From Patescibacteria group bacterium (lineage in GTDB: Bacteria > Patescibacteriota > Patescibacteriia > UBA10025 > JAHIVO01): 64,000 nt of DNA. The notes below the pieces were generated by a model. That model had not been told where the DNA came from and did no database searches. It saw only the letters and a list, made by a program, of their open reading frames with translations. The stretch is from the NCBI GenBank assembly GCA_041650915.1, contig JBAZKE010000001.1, positions 379,284 through 443,283 on the forward strand, in the 5' to 3' direction. Both the position numbers and the translations under genes were made by a program. Below are positions 1 through 9,996 of this stretch, one piece after another (the first letter of the stretch is position 1; each line of letters starts with the position of its first letter).

Positions 1-1434
1 GCCGGCATGTTTTTCGATCAGAAAAGCCATCGTGCGTTCAAATGCGCCGATTGAGGAGCGGTGTATGACAATCGGTTTTTGGTCATGCCCTTTTTCATCT
101 ACGTACGTTAAATCGAACCGCTGTGGCATGACAAAATCGTATTGGACCGTAAATGCCGTTTCTTCTTGGCCATTTATCTTTTTTACCTGGATGTCGATTT
201 TCGGGCCGTAAAATGCGGCTTCACCCGCAGCCTCGTAGTACGGCGCCTTAGTTTTTTTCAGTACGGTCCGCAATACGTTTTCCGCATACTCCCAAGCCCG
301 GTCGTCTTTGAAATACTTTTTTGAATCATTGCGGTCTCCCAGCGAGAGCCGGTACCGGTAATCAACGCCTTTTTTCAGCTGGAGCGTTTTATTCGTGAAA
401 TCAATCAGTGCGAGCACGTTTTTAATTTCCGATTCAGCCTGGTCGGGCCGGCACATGATGTGAGCGTCGGCTAAGCAGAACGTGCGGACGCGCATCAGAC
501 CGGACAATTCGCCGCTTTTTTCATACCGGAACTGGGATGCCAATTCGGCAATGCGGATCGGCAGTTCGCGGTAACTGTGCGGTTCTGACTTGTACAGCAT
601 GAAATGATGCGGGCAGGTCATAGGCCGGAGGATCAGCTCTTCCTCGTCAACTTTCATCACGGGATACATCGTGTCTTTGTAGTAGGGATAATGCCCGGAC
701 GTTTTATACAGTTCCGTTTTTGCGAGCGGGGGAGTCATGACATGCTGGTAACCGCGTTTCAATTCTTCCTGGATAATAAATTGTTCAAGAATCCGGCGGA
801 TGGTCGCGCCTTTTGATGTCAGCATAGGGAGGCCTTTTCCGATCAGATCGGAAAAGACAAAAAGACCAAGCTCCTTGCCGATTTTGCGGTGGTCGCGTTT
901 TTCCGCTTCCTCGAGCCGTTTCAGGTGCTCCTCAAGCTCAGGCGCGCTTTCGAACGCAACGCCGTAGATGCGCTGCAGCATTTTATTTTTTTCATCTCCG
1001 CGCCAGTACGCCCCTGCAATAGTGGTGAGCTTGAAAGAATCAGGCTTAATTTCCTTTGACGTGCGGACGTGCGGGCCGCTGCACAGGTCCGTGAACTTGC
1101 CGGATCGGTAGTACGTAATCGGTTTTTTCGCGGCAGCAAGCTCGCCGATCAGTTCGAGCTTGTACGGCTGCCCGGCGGAAAGTTTTTTTGCTTCTGCCAG
1201 ATCGACTTCCATTTTTTCGAACGGGATGTTCTGGCCGATCAGCTTCTTCATGCGCTTTTCAATTTTTTTCAGGTCTTCCGGCTTGAGTGGCTGCTGCAGG
1301 TCGAAGTCGTAGTAAAAGCCATTGTCGATTACGGGCCCGATCGCGAATCTTGCCTCCGGAAAAAGCTCGAGCACGGCGTGCGCCATCAGGTGCGACAGCG
1401 AGTGCCTCATTTTTTCTAAATCGTTTGATGCCAT
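1..1434 (-). CDS. thrS: threonyl-tRNA synthetase (C-terminal part runs off window start; lacks N-terminal TGS domain)
   Basis: Minus-strand translation from ATG at 1432-1434 gives MASNDLEKMRHSLSHLMAHAVLELF... (HxxxH editing-domain motif), then class II aaRS core motifs (..RPMTCPHH.., ..FYGPKIDIQ..). Open to the window edge. Confidence 0.9.
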   Translation of the reverse strand, partial: MASNDLEKMRHSLSHLMAHAVLELFPEARFAIGPVIDNGFYYDFDLQQPLKPEDLKKIEKRMKKLIGQNIPFEKMEVDLAEAKKLSAGQPYKLELIGELAAAKKPITYYRSGKFTDLCSGPHVRTSKEIKPDSFKLTTIAGAYWRGDEKNKMLQRIYGVAFESAPELEEHLKRLEEAEKRDHRKIGKELGLFVFSDLIGKGLPMLTSKGATIRRILEQFIIQEELKRGYQHVMTPPLAKTELYKTSGHYPYYKDTMYPVMKVDEEELILRPMTCPHHFMLYKSEPHSYRELPIRIAELASQFRYEKSGELSGLMRVRTFCLADAHIMCRPDQAESEIKNVLALIDFTNKTLQLKKGVDYRYRLSLGDRNDSKKYFKDDRAWEYAENVLRTVLKKTKAPYYEAAGEAAFYGPKIDIQVKKINGQEETAFTVQYDFVMPQRFDLTYVDEKGHDQKPIVIHRSSIGAFERTMAFLIEKHAG

Positions 1435-1436
1435 AG

Positions 1437-1665
1437 TATATAGTATTATCCTAATTAAAGATTCCCAAAGCAATTGCTGCTCTGGGACCCTTTATGAGGG
1501 CGGTTCCACCCGTATTCCTCCCGTGCAGGGAGGCGCCTCGTTTCATTGTCCTTTCAGCTTGGACCCACTGACTGTGGATTAGCTACGCGTGCGCTAAGGT
1601 GGCTGGTAAACACCTCAATCACTGAAAGCAATGATAAGTATATGCCATGCCCATTTGCCTGTCAA
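1437..1665 (-). promoter_or_regulatory. T-box riboswitch leader of thrS (Thr-specific, candidate)
   Basis: The minus-strand transcript contains CGGGUGGAACCGCCC, which matches the T-box consensus AGGGUGGNACCGCG. It is followed by a hairpin (GGGUCCCAGAGC...GCUUUGGG, plus 1464-1486), a U-tract and the thrS ATG. The antiterminator/terminator overlap can be drawn. Candidate specifier ACC sits in CCAGCCACC, and the UGGA bulge matches the discriminator U of the local tRNA-Thr genes. Confidence 0.6.
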
Positions 1666-1674
1666 GCCGTCCAG

Positions 1675-2835
1675 TTATTCGCTCAGTTTGATTTCTATGT
1701 GGTCTTTGAGTTGCGGCACGGTCGAAACCCAAAAGGGCGAGAATTCGACGTTTACTGAATCAACGCTGTCAAAATTTGAAAAGTATGCTTCTACCTCGTG
1801 CAAGTCTTTGCCCGTGACGTTTTCCCGGTCAAATATGCCGTTGGACAGGCGCGGGACAACGCCAGCTTTCAGAGTTCCCTTGATATGCGCGACGCCGGTA
1901 TCGAGATCGTACTGCTCGATGCTATACTCCAGGTCTTCGGTGCTATGCTGAAGGATGCGTTCGTCCTCACCGCACTCATCGCTCAGCTTGTCGAGCGCAA
2001 TACTCATAAGTTCGTTTTCATCGAAGAGCACGCCGACCGCGCGGATGCTCATATCCATGGTAAATGAATCTACCTCGGTTCCGGCGTCCGCTGACGTTTC
2101 TTCGCTGATGACGAGAGCCGTCACGGCGCTGGTCGATACGGTCTGGTTCCGCGCCTGCGCTTCTTCCGTGCTGCTGAATTCAGCCGCAGCGTCCGCGATA
2201 AGTCGTTCCCGGAGAGCTTGGCGCGTTTCACCGATCAGCTCGTTCGTCAGGACCGCGGCGTTCCGTAATCCGCCGGTCATCGGTGCCGAGCTCTCGGCGT
2301 AGATTGTATCCTGCAAGCCAGCCCAGAGGCCGGGGATCGTGAACGTCGTAGGTTCGATATTGCCGCTCGCACCGGGCACGTCAGCATACACCTCGACGTT
2401 TTCCGATGTTCCGCCAGCGGGCACGTCGACACGGTTGCGAATCCTAAAGAGGATGCCGTCGGGAGTCAGCAACCGCGTTGTCGCGGCAAGCGGCTGAACC
2501 TGCGACCAGTTATTGTAGATGGTTACGGTCCCGGTTGCTTGCGCTTCAACTTGTGACCCCTCGTTCGTATTGATGGCGGTTTCACTGCCGGACACCTCGG
2601 TGGCCAAAAGCGTGCCGCGAAGGACCGGGCCGCTGCTGGTCGTTTCGCAATCGGCACAAATGATCATGACCGAAAAAGTGGCCGACTGTTCCTGCGGTTT
2701 GAGGCCTATGGTGATGGTTGTTTTTGAGAGCGAGTAGTAAATGACGATAGCGAGCAGCAGAACCGTTGCGGCGGAAAATCCGACAACGAGCTTGCGGTAA
2801 AATTTTGTCGTTTGGACTTTTGAAATTTTTTTCAT
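1675..2835 (-). CDS. hypothetical membrane-anchored protein (N-terminal TM, Thr/Ser/Ala-rich ectodomain)
   Basis: 386-aa ORF with N-terminal hydrophobic segment. Lies downstream of dnaE on the same strand. Confidence 0.6.
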   Translation of the reverse strand: MKKISKVQTTKFYRKLVVGFSAATVLLLAIVIYYSLSKTTITIGLKPQEQSATFSVMIICADCETTSSGPVLRGTLLATEVSGSETAINTNEGSQVEAQATGTVTIYNNWSQVQPLAATTRLLTPDGILFRIRNRVDVPAGGTSENVEVYADVPGASGNIEPTTFTIPGLWAGLQDTIYAESSAPMTGGLRNAAVLTNELIGETRQALRERLIADAAAEFSSTEEAQARNQTVSTSAVTALVISEETSADAGTEVDSFTMDMSIRAVGVLFDENELMSIALDKLSDECGEDERILQHSTEDLEYSIEQYDLDTGVAHIKGTLKAGVVPRLSNGIFDRENVTGKDLHEVEAYFSNFDSVDSVNVEFSPFWVSTVPQLKDHIEIKLSE

Positions 2836-2846
2836 TTCGATTGGCT

Positions 2847-5800
2847 TTACGTGAGGGTGATGCTGTCGGTGCCGATGATTGACCGTATCGTATCAAAGCT
2901 TTCTTCCCGAATCAAGTAGTTGGTCGTGATAACCTTGATTTTTGATGAAGATCGCACCCTCAGGTGGACGCGGTATTCTCCCGGATGCTGCGAAAAGGTT
3001 ATTTTTAACCGGTTGAAGGTTTCCTTGTCCGTCCGGGCCGGAATGGCGATGTAAACATTGCCGGTCGCCTGCGTTGTATGCCGGGGTGCGGAGTCGCCCA
3101 TGGCGTCGAGGTTGAGCTGCTGCACTTCGCTGCAGAGGAGCTTGAGGCTGCCTTCCTTGTCTGAGACGCGCCCCTTGATCAGTACCACATGCTCTTCTTG
3201 CCACGGCGTTGGATTCGCCTGGAGGGTCGTCGGGAAGACGAGCACTTCGATGCGGCCCGACATGTCTTCGACCTTCACAAAGAGCATCGGGTCGTTGTTT
3301 CTCGTCAGTACCTTCTGGATGTTGCTGATGATGCCGCCGATCGTAATTTCTTTTCGGTGCGGTGCAGCAGCGGACAGGTCGCCAATCGGCGTGGCAAGAT
3401 TGCGCAGGCGCTCGCGGTATTCCTCAAGCGGGTGCTCAGAAATGTAGAGGCCGAGGAGCTGTTTCTCCCATGACAGCTTTTGCTGCTTGGTTGCGGGTGC
3501 GGCGCTCTTGAGCCGGAGCTGCGGCGCGTGTTGCGTCGGCAGCACGCCGAAGAGGTTTGTCTGCCCGTTGAGAGTTTCACGCTCAGCCGATTTCATGTAC
3601 GTGAGAATCGCATCAATGCTGCCAAGGAGCTCGTTGCGCTCGCCGAACTGGTCGAGTGCGCCCGCCTTCATGAGGCTCTCGAGTGTTTTCTTATTAAGGT
3701 CTTTTGTCTGGACGCGACGGAGAAGATCTTCAAGGTTTTTGAACGGCCCATTTTCCTTGCGTTCAGCGATGATGTTCCGGACGACATTGACACCGACGTT
3801 TTTTACCGCGAGCAGGCCGAACCTGATTTTTTTCATCGGATTTTTTTTCTCCGGATTGAAAACGGCGGTGAATGTCGAGAAACTTTCGTTGATGTCCGGC
3901 GGAAGCACCTGGATGTGCATTTGTTCACATTCCTCGACTTCAATAGCAATCCTGTCGATATTGCCGTAATCGGAAGTCAGCAACGACGCCATGAATTCGT
4001 CGGGGTAGTTCGCCTTGAGGTACGCCGTCTGGTATGCGATGAGCGCGTAGCACGCAGCGTGCGCCCGGTTGAATCCGTACCGCGCGAACGGTTCGATAAA
4101 TTGCCAGATTTTTTGTGCGGTTGAACGGGGTATTTTATTTTTTACCATTCCCTCGATCATTTTATCGCGCTGCTGGATGAGCAGCTTGCGGATTTTTTTT
4201 CCGACTGCTTTCCTGAGTACGTCCGCTTCGGCGAGCGAGAATCCGGCGAGGTCACGCGCGATCTGCATAACTTGCTCCTGGTATACTGCAATGCCGTACG
4301 TCCGTTCGAGGATCGGCTTGAGCCTCGGATTCAGGTACGTCGCCAGCTTGAGGCCGTGCTTTCCGGCAATGAAGTCGGGGATGAGCTCCATGGGGCCGGG
4401 GCGGTATAGAGCAACCATCGCAATGATGTCTTCGAGCTCGGTTGGCTTGAGCTGTTTGAGGTAGCGTTTCATGCCTGATGATTCGAGCTGGAATACGCCG
4501 GTTGTCTTGCCCTGTTGGAGGAGCGTGAACGTTTTTTTGTCATCGAGCGGTATGGTATCGATGTTGATCTCGATGTTTCGTGCCTTTCTGATAATATTGA
4601 TTGTATTCTCGATGATCGTCAGGTTCTTCAACCCGAGGAAATCCATTTTGAGCAAGCCTAGATCTTCGATAGCGTGGAGATCGTACTGCGTGACGATGGT
4701 TTCGTCTTCGCTCTGTGCGGCATATTGGTAGGGGAGGTAGCGGTCGAGCGGTTCTTTAGTGATTACGACGCCGCATGCGTGCGTCGACGCGTGGCGGGCG
4801 ACTCCCTCGAGCTTTACGGCGGCATTGAGCAGTTTTTTCCCGTCAGGGTCGCTGTCATAGAGCGCCTTCAGCTCCGGAACCGCCTTGAGCGCGTCGGCGA
4901 TTGAAGAGAACATCGGGATGAGCTTGGCAACTTTGTCGCAGTACGCGTAAGCGAGGTCGAGCACGCGACCGGCATCCCGGACTGCCGCACGCGCTGCCAT
5001 GGTGCCGAAGGTGATGATCTGGGCTACGTGGTCTTTACCGTACTTATGCTCGACGTAGCGTATGACTTCATCCCGCCTCGTGTCCGCAAAATCGAGGTCG
5101 ATGTCAGGCATCGAAATCCGCTCGGGGTTGAGGAACCGCTCGAAGAGGAGGTCGTACTTGAGCGGATCGACATTGGTGATATTGAGGAGGTATGAGACGA
5201 TGCTCCCGGCAGCGGATCCGCGGCCGGGTCCGACGACGATGCCGTTCTGCTTCGCCCAGTTGACGAAATCCTGGACAATCAGAAAATAGGACGCGAATCC
5301 CGTCTTTTCAATGACGCCGAGTTCGTACTCGAGCCGTTTCTCGATAACGGCATCCCGCTCTCGCCCGGGGAACCGTTTTGGAATTCCGCCCGTGCACAGT
5401 TCTCTGAGGTAGGCATCGGGTAGCTTGCCGTTCGGCACCTCGAAGTGCGGCAGCTGGATCGTGCCAAGCTCGATGGTAACCGTACACGCTTGCGCAATTT
5501 TTATCGTATTTGCAATCGCTTCGGGGTGGTCAGGGAAAGCTTTTGCCATTTCTTCGGGAGTCTTGAAAGAGAAGTCCTCTCCGAGGTATGTCATCCGATC
5601 CCGGTCCCGCTGCTTCCGCTTCGTTTGCAGGCAGATCAGGATATCGTGTATTTCGTCATCGTCGCTATTCAGGTAGTGCACGTCATTGGTTGCGACGACC
5701 GGCAGGTCGAACTTTTTTCCGAGCGCAAATATCGTTTCGTTCACCTCATTCTGGTGGGGGATGCTCGGGTGGTCCTGCACTTCAAGGTAGAAGTTTCCGG

Positions 5801-6302
5801 TCCCGAAGATGGCAGCGAGCTCCTGGATATTTTTTTCTGCCCGTGCGGTATCCTCGGCGATGATCGGCTGAGCTACCATGCCCTGGAGGCACGCGCTCAA
5901 CCCGATAAGGCCACCCGCATGTTCACGGAGGAGTTCAAGATCAATGCGTGGCTTGTAGTAGTAGCCTTCGAGGTGGGCTCTCGTCGTGAGCTTAATGAGG
6001 TTTCGGTACCCCTCGTTGTTCTTAGCGAGCAGGACGATGTGGTACGGACGGTCATCGACTCTCGCTCGCTTGTTGTGCATTCCGTTCCGGGCTACGTACG
6101 CCTCGACGCCGATGATTGGCTTGACGCCTGCCTTGAGCGCCTTTTGATAAAATTCAATAGCGCCGTACATGACGCCGTGGTCAGTCAGCGCAACAGCAGG
6201 CATATGTAAATCACGGGCTCTCTTTACGAGATCATCAATCTTTGTGAGCCCGTCGAGGAGACTATAATGACTATGGACGTGTAGGTGAACAAAGTCCGGC
6301 AT
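2847..6302 (-). CDS. dnaE: DNA polymerase III alpha subunit
   Basis: 1151 aa. N-terminal PHP motif MPDFVHLHVHSHYSLLDG, polymerase core, and C-terminal OB fold. Confidence 0.95.
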   Translation of the reverse strand: MPDFVHLHVHSHYSLLDGLTKIDDLVKRARDLHMPAVALTDHGVMYGAIEFYQKALKAGVKPIIGVEAYVARNGMHNKRARVDDRPYHIVLLAKNNEGYRNLIKLTTRAHLEGYYYKPRIDLELLREHAGGLIGLSACLQGMVAQPIIAEDTARAEKNIQELAAIFGTGNFYLEVQDHPSIPHQNEVNETIFALGKKFDLPVVATNDVHYLNSDDDEIHDILICLQTKRKQRDRDRMTYLGEDFSFKTPEEMAKAFPDHPEAIANTIKIAQACTVTIELGTIQLPHFEVPNGKLPDAYLRELCTGGIPKRFPGRERDAVIEKRLEYELGVIEKTGFASYFLIVQDFVNWAKQNGIVVGPGRGSAAGSIVSYLLNITNVDPLKYDLLFERFLNPERISMPDIDLDFADTRRDEVIRYVEHKYGKDHVAQIITFGTMAARAAVRDAGRVLDLAYAYCDKVAKLIPMFSSIADALKAVPELKALYDSDPDGKKLLNAAVKLEGVARHASTHACGVVITKEPLDRYLPYQYAAQSEDETIVTQYDLHAIEDLGLLKMDFLGLKNLTIIENTINIIRKARNIEINIDTIPLDDKKTFTLLQQGKTTGVFQLESSGMKRYLKQLKPTELEDIIAMVALYRPGPMELIPDFIAGKHGLKLATYLNPRLKPILERTYGIAVYQEQVMQIARDLAGFSLAEADVLRKAVGKKIRKLLIQQRDKMIEGMVKNKIPRSTAQKIWQFIEPFARYGFNRAHAACYALIAYQTAYLKANYPDEFMASLLTSDYGNIDRIAIEVEECEQMHIQVLPPDINESFSTFTAVFNPEKKNPMKKIRFGLLAVKNVGVNVVRNIIAERKENGPFKNLEDLLRRVQTKDLNKKTLESLMKAGALDQFGERNELLGSIDAILTYMKSAERETLNGQTNLFGVLPTQHAPQLRLKSAAPATKQQKLSWEKQLLGLYISEHPLEEYRERLRNLATPIGDLSAAAPHRKEITIGGIISNIQKVLTRNNDPMLFVKVEDMSGRIEVLVFPTTLQANPTPWQEEHVVLIKGRVSDKEGSLKLLCSEVQQLNLDAMGDSAPRHTTQATGNVYIAIPARTDKETFNRLKITFSQHPGEYRVHLRVRSSSKIKVITTNYLIREESFDTIRSIIGTDSITLT

Positions 6303-6326
6303 AGGGTAGGCTGCCTGCGGATTCAG

Positions 6327-6665
6327 TTACGAAGTTTCTTTCTCTTTTTCGCTAGCCTTTTTTCTTTTTGGTTTTTCTTCGCGCCTCCGCTTGAAATACT
6401 CGACGAGTTCAGTGATTCCCTTGAACAGCAGTGGCAAGTAAGACGCTGAGTTTTTAATTTTGTCCTCGACAGCATCGAACAGCCGTTCGAGCCGTTCGAG
6501 CTTTTGCTTTATGCTCATGACCAGTTCGCTCACCTCATTGACCACCGCATGCGCTCTCTTGAGCATCATGACAATGTAGTAGAGCGCCCAGCACATAAAA
6601 AAAGTCAGGGCAACCGCACACGTTGCGAGGGCAACGAAGAGAAGATCCTTGCTCGTCTCAAGCAT
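6327..6665 (-). CDS. hypothetical small membrane protein with coiled-coil and Lys/Glu-rich tail
   Basis: 112-aa ORF with one TM (LFVALATCAVALTFFMCWALYYIV) and a charged C-terminal tail. Confidence 0.5.
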   Translation of the reverse strand: MLETSKDLLFVALATCAVALTFFMCWALYYIVMMLKRAHAVVNEVSELVMSIKQKLERLERLFDAVEDKIKNSASYLPLLFKGITELVEYFKRRREEKPKRKKASEKEKETS

Positions 6666-6779
6666 CGTCGTACGTTAGTGGTTTAGGATAGCTGGGTACA
6701 GTATAGCACACACTCCAATATCATCAACAACGAGTTTCCAAGAGGCTTCAGATGTGGTAGGATATACTACGGTAACAGC

Positions 6780-7619
6780 ATGACCGCTATGCCAGACGTA
6801 AGTACCGTATGGTTACGGGCAAATTACTACGCTCTCTCCCACCGGAACGAGCTTAAAAAGTGGTGGGTTATCGTACTGCTTGCAGTAGCGGTATTCTGCG
6901 TTGTTTTCGTTATCACGAATATTACCGTCTACATCATCGGCATTCCCCAACAAACCAGTACGATGGTGGCGATGGCAAGCAGCCAGGTCGCATACGGCAA
7001 GATCCGCATCGAAAACCAGCCGGTTAATCCATCAGTCGGCGCCGCGACAGCCGTGCAAATGACGACAGGCGCCTACGATCTCATCGTGCCGGTCCACAAC
7101 CCGAACAGAAACTGGGCAATCAATGAGATTGCGTATAAATTTACCGTAAACGCGACGGAAACTGAGGTTGCTACCGATTTTATCATGCCGAATAGCAGGA
7201 AGATTTTGACGGTTCGGAACGTGCAAAGCCCGTTCTCCCCGAGCCAGATCGCCGTTACTGTTTCCATCGAGAGCATTTCATGGAAGCGGATCGATAATGT
7301 CGCGGCACTGCCGTCACTCGACTTCACTATTGAAAATATTAAGCAGTCCATGTCGAACGTCGGTGGCATACCGTACTACCTCGTGACTGCCGATGTAACG
7401 AACAATTCTTTTACGAGTTTTTGGAGCACCAAGTTCGTGACGCTGCTCTACAGCGGGGATGCAATCGTCGGCGTGCACTATACCTACCTCGAGCCGTTCA
7501 ATACTTCAGAGAAGAAGTCAATCTATGCCCAGTTCGACAGCGTCCAGACTTCTGTGACGAGCGTATCGATCGAACCTGATATTAACCTGCTTGACACTGA
7601 GAATATCGTGAGCAGGTAA
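6780..7619 (+). CDS. hypothetical membrane-anchored protein
   Basis: 279 aa with N-terminal TM (WWVIVLLAVAVFCVVFVI) and a beta-rich ectodomain. Immediately upstream of the SEDS gene. Confidence 0.55.
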   Translation: MTAMPDVSTVWLRANYYALSHRNELKKWWVIVLLAVAVFCVVFVITNITVYIIGIPQQTSTMVAMASSQVAYGKIRIENQPVNPSVGAATAVQMTTGAYDLIVPVHNPNRNWAINEIAYKFTVNATETEVATDFIMPNSRKILTVRNVQSPFSPSQIAVTVSIESISWKRIDNVAALPSLDFTIENIKQSMSNVGGIPYYLVTADVTNNSFTSFWSTKFVTLLYSGDAIVGVHYTYLEPFNTSEKKSIYAQFDSVQTSVTSVSIEPDINLLDTENIVSR

Positions 7620-7627
7620 GTAACCGC

Positions 7628-8740
7628 ATGGTAAAAAAGCTACTCCTCTACTTACGGAAATCTGACTGGCCGCTGAGTTCGGTAGTTCTTTTTTTGGTTG
7701 CGTTCGGTCTCATGGCCCTCTACAGCATCGAGTCGGCAGTGCAGGATCCGCAGTTCGCGAATTTGCAAAAGCAGCTCATCTTTCTCGCCGTTGGCATCGT
7801 GTTCCTCGCCGTGTTCAGCATGATTGATTATCGCCACCTGCAGACGTACAGCATCGTTTTACTCGTGTTCGGCGCTCTCCTCCTCGCCTCGGTACTCTTT
7901 TTCGGTACGACAGTGCGCGGTACCCGCGGCTGGTTTACGCTGTTTGGAGGCCAGGGTTTCCAGCCTGTTGAGCTCATCAAGCTCATCCTCATCATCGGCC
8001 TCAGTAAGTTTTTTGCAGACTGGCGCACTGAAGTGCAGACTATAAAGCAGCTCGTGATCCTGTTCGCTGTTGCGATCCCGCTCATCGCGCTCGTGCTCTT
8101 GCAGCCTGATTTCGGCTCGGCAGTTATCCTGGCTGCCATCTTTCTCGGGATGCTCGTTTTTTCGAAAGTAAAGCGTTCGTACGTCATCGGCATCGGCCTG
8201 CTGCTCATCGTGCTTGTTGGGTTCAGCTGGGCATTTCTGCTGCAGGATTACCAGAAAGATCGGATACTGACGTTCATGGACCCGGGCCGCGATCCGTACA
8301 AGAGCGGCTACAACATCAAGCAGTCGATTATCGCTGTCGGCTCAGGCAGTATCTTTGGCCGAGGCCTCGGATTGGGCCCTCAGAGCAGGTTGAATTTTCT
8401 GCCGGCGCAAGAAACTGATTTTATCTTCGCGGTTATTGCCGAGGAACTGGGATTCGTGGGGAGTTCTCTGCTTATACTGTCTTACGTCTGGCTGATTTAC
8501 CGGCTCGTACGCATTGCTCGGCTCATTCGGGATGATTTTGGCATCTTTGTCGTAACCGGGATCCTCATCTATATTACAGCTCAGGGAATTCTCAATATCG
8601 GGATGAATATCGGGTTGCTTCCGATTGCGGGTGTGCCGCTGCCGTTCGTGAGCTATGGAGGGAGCTCTATGATATCGAGCTTTATCGCAGTTGGAATCGT
8701 CCAGAGCGTATACATTCGGCACCTCACGTCACGGGCGTAG
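7628..8740 (+). CDS. ftsW: SEDS family peptidoglycan polymerase (FtsW/RodA/SpoVE)
   Basis: 370 aa polytopic protein. SEDS signature block DFIFAVIAEELGFVGS and about 10 TM segments. Confidence 0.85.
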   Translation: MVKKLLLYLRKSDWPLSSVVLFLVAFGLMALYSIESAVQDPQFANLQKQLIFLAVGIVFLAVFSMIDYRHLQTYSIVLLVFGALLLASVLFFGTTVRGTRGWFTLFGGQGFQPVELIKLILIIGLSKFFADWRTEVQTIKQLVILFAVAIPLIALVLLQPDFGSAVILAAIFLGMLVFSKVKRSYVIGIGLLLIVLVGFSWAFLLQDYQKDRILTFMDPGRDPYKSGYNIKQSIIAVGSGSIFGRGLGLGPQSRLNFLPAQETDFIFAVIAEELGFVGSSLLILSYVWLIYRLVRIARLIRDDFGIFVVTGILIYITAQGILNIGMNIGLLPIAGVPLPFVSYGGSSMISSFIAVGIVQSVYIRHLTSRA

Positions 8741-8745
8741 TGCCG

Positions 8746-8775
8746 TTTGACGCAGTTTGTTTTTTCTGCTATAAT
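8746..8775 (+). promoter_or_regulatory. sigma70-type promoter (TTGACG-17-TATAAT)
   Basis: TTGACG, then 17 nt (cagtttgttttttctgc), then TATAAT, about 45 nt upstream of the ATG at 8819. Confidence 0.5.
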
Positions 8776-8818
8776 GTATAACGCGGTGGGAACATCGCAC
8801 GATATCATTTTTTTAACT

Positions 8819-9160
8819 ATGGAAACAAAAAGGAAAAATCAAAACGAGCTGCTCGTCGATGCATCTCGGCTCGTGTCTTACTGTCCGCTCTGCGATGCCC
8901 CTTTTTATCCAGAGCAGGTTGCGGTTATCGAGGAGGACAGCAAGGTGCAGCTCCTGCATGCGACGTGTAATGCATGCGCGGCATCATTGGTGATTTTACT
9001 CCTCATGAACGACCGGGGGGTAAATTCAGTCGGTCTCGTAACCGACTTGACCGGGGCTGATGTAGCGCAGTTCAAGAACGGGGAGCCGATCACGAGCAAT
9101 ACAGTGCTCGACGTATCTTCCGCGGTTCGGGCAGAGGATGCGGCTGGGGCGCTCTTCTAG
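8819..9160 (+). CDS. hypothetical Cys-containing (zinc-ribbon-like) protein
   Basis: ORF 8747..9160. The likely start is the internal METKRKNQ at 8819. Contains CPLCD...CNAC. Confidence 0.45.
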   Translation: METKRKNQNELLVDASRLVSYCPLCDAPFYPEQVAVIEEDSKVQLLHATCNACAASLVILLLMNDRGVNSVGLVTDLTGADVAQFKNGEPITSNTVLDVSSAVRAEDAAGALF

Positions 9161-9240
9161 TGCGGTTACGGCGTACCGGCAGCAGAGGGGGAGTTTACGG
9201 TACACACGGCTTAATTAATTTTTCTTTTTTGCAGTCACGT

Positions 9241-9978
9241 ATGGAACAAGAGAACAACACAGAATCTTCGACGCTCATCAGAGCTGAAGTGCGCGATGTA
9301 ACGAGCGCTGCAAAACGCGCGCTCCGCGGGGAGGGAAAGTTACTCGGGGAGCTCTACGGCCACGGTACCGAGAGCACTCACCTGTCAGTCGGCTATAAGG
9401 AATTTGAAGCGCTTCTGAAGCAAGCGGGGAGGGGCGGTCTGATAGACCTCCAGGTCGGCATGGCGAAGCCAGTTAAAGTGCTTGTGCAGGATATTCAACG
9501 AGACCCGGTCAAAGGCCGGCTCGTGCACGTTGATTTCTACCGGATCAATATGCAAGAGAAGATTCATACCGACGTCAGTCTCACCTTCATCGGCGCATCA
9601 CCAGCAGTGAAAGAGCTCGGGGGCATCCTCATTAAAAGCATGGATGCTCTGAAGATTGAGTGCCTGCCCCAGTATTTGATCAAGGAACTCGTAGTTGATA
9701 TCAGCGCACTCAAGACGTTTGACGATGCGATACGCGTCCGAGACCTCAAGCTGCCGGAAGGGGTAACAGTACTCTCGAAAGCAGATGAAGTGATCACCAG
9801 CGTACAGCCTCCGCGGACGGAAGCTGAACTCAAGGCTCTTGAAGAGGCGCCAGCCGAGGGAGCTGCAGAAGTTGAAGTAGTCGGTAAAGAGGGGGTGAAG
9901 GCTGCAGGTGAGGAAGGTGTTGCTGAAGATGAGAAGGCTGCGGGGGCGAGCGGAGCTACTGCAGGGGATAAAAAGTAG
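9241..9978 (+). CDS. rplY: 50S ribosomal protein L25 / general stress protein Ctc with Ala/Glu-rich C-terminal extension
   Basis: MEQENN...IRAEVRDVTSAAKRALRGEGKLLGELYGHG... is a typical L25/Ctc N-domain. Start taken at the ATG at 9241 inside the longer track ORF. Confidence 0.8.
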   Translation: MEQENNTESSTLIRAEVRDVTSAAKRALRGEGKLLGELYGHGTESTHLSVGYKEFEALLKQAGRGGLIDLQVGMAKPVKVLVQDIQRDPVKGRLVHVDFYRINMQEKIHTDVSLTFIGASPAVKELGGILIKSMDALKIECLPQYLIKELVVDISALKTFDDAIRVRDLKLPEGVTVLSKADEVITSVQPPRTEAELKALEEAPAEGAAEVEVVGKEGVKAAGEEGVAEDEKAAGASGATAGDKK

Positions 9979-9996
9979 GGCACTAACGATCGTACT

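Noticed and set aside
3058-6209. Multiple plus-strand ORFs (e.g. 3480..4124, 5445..6209) inside dnaE
   Set aside because: They are antisense to a confidently identified 1151-aa dnaE, and are high-GC antisense open frames without motifs.
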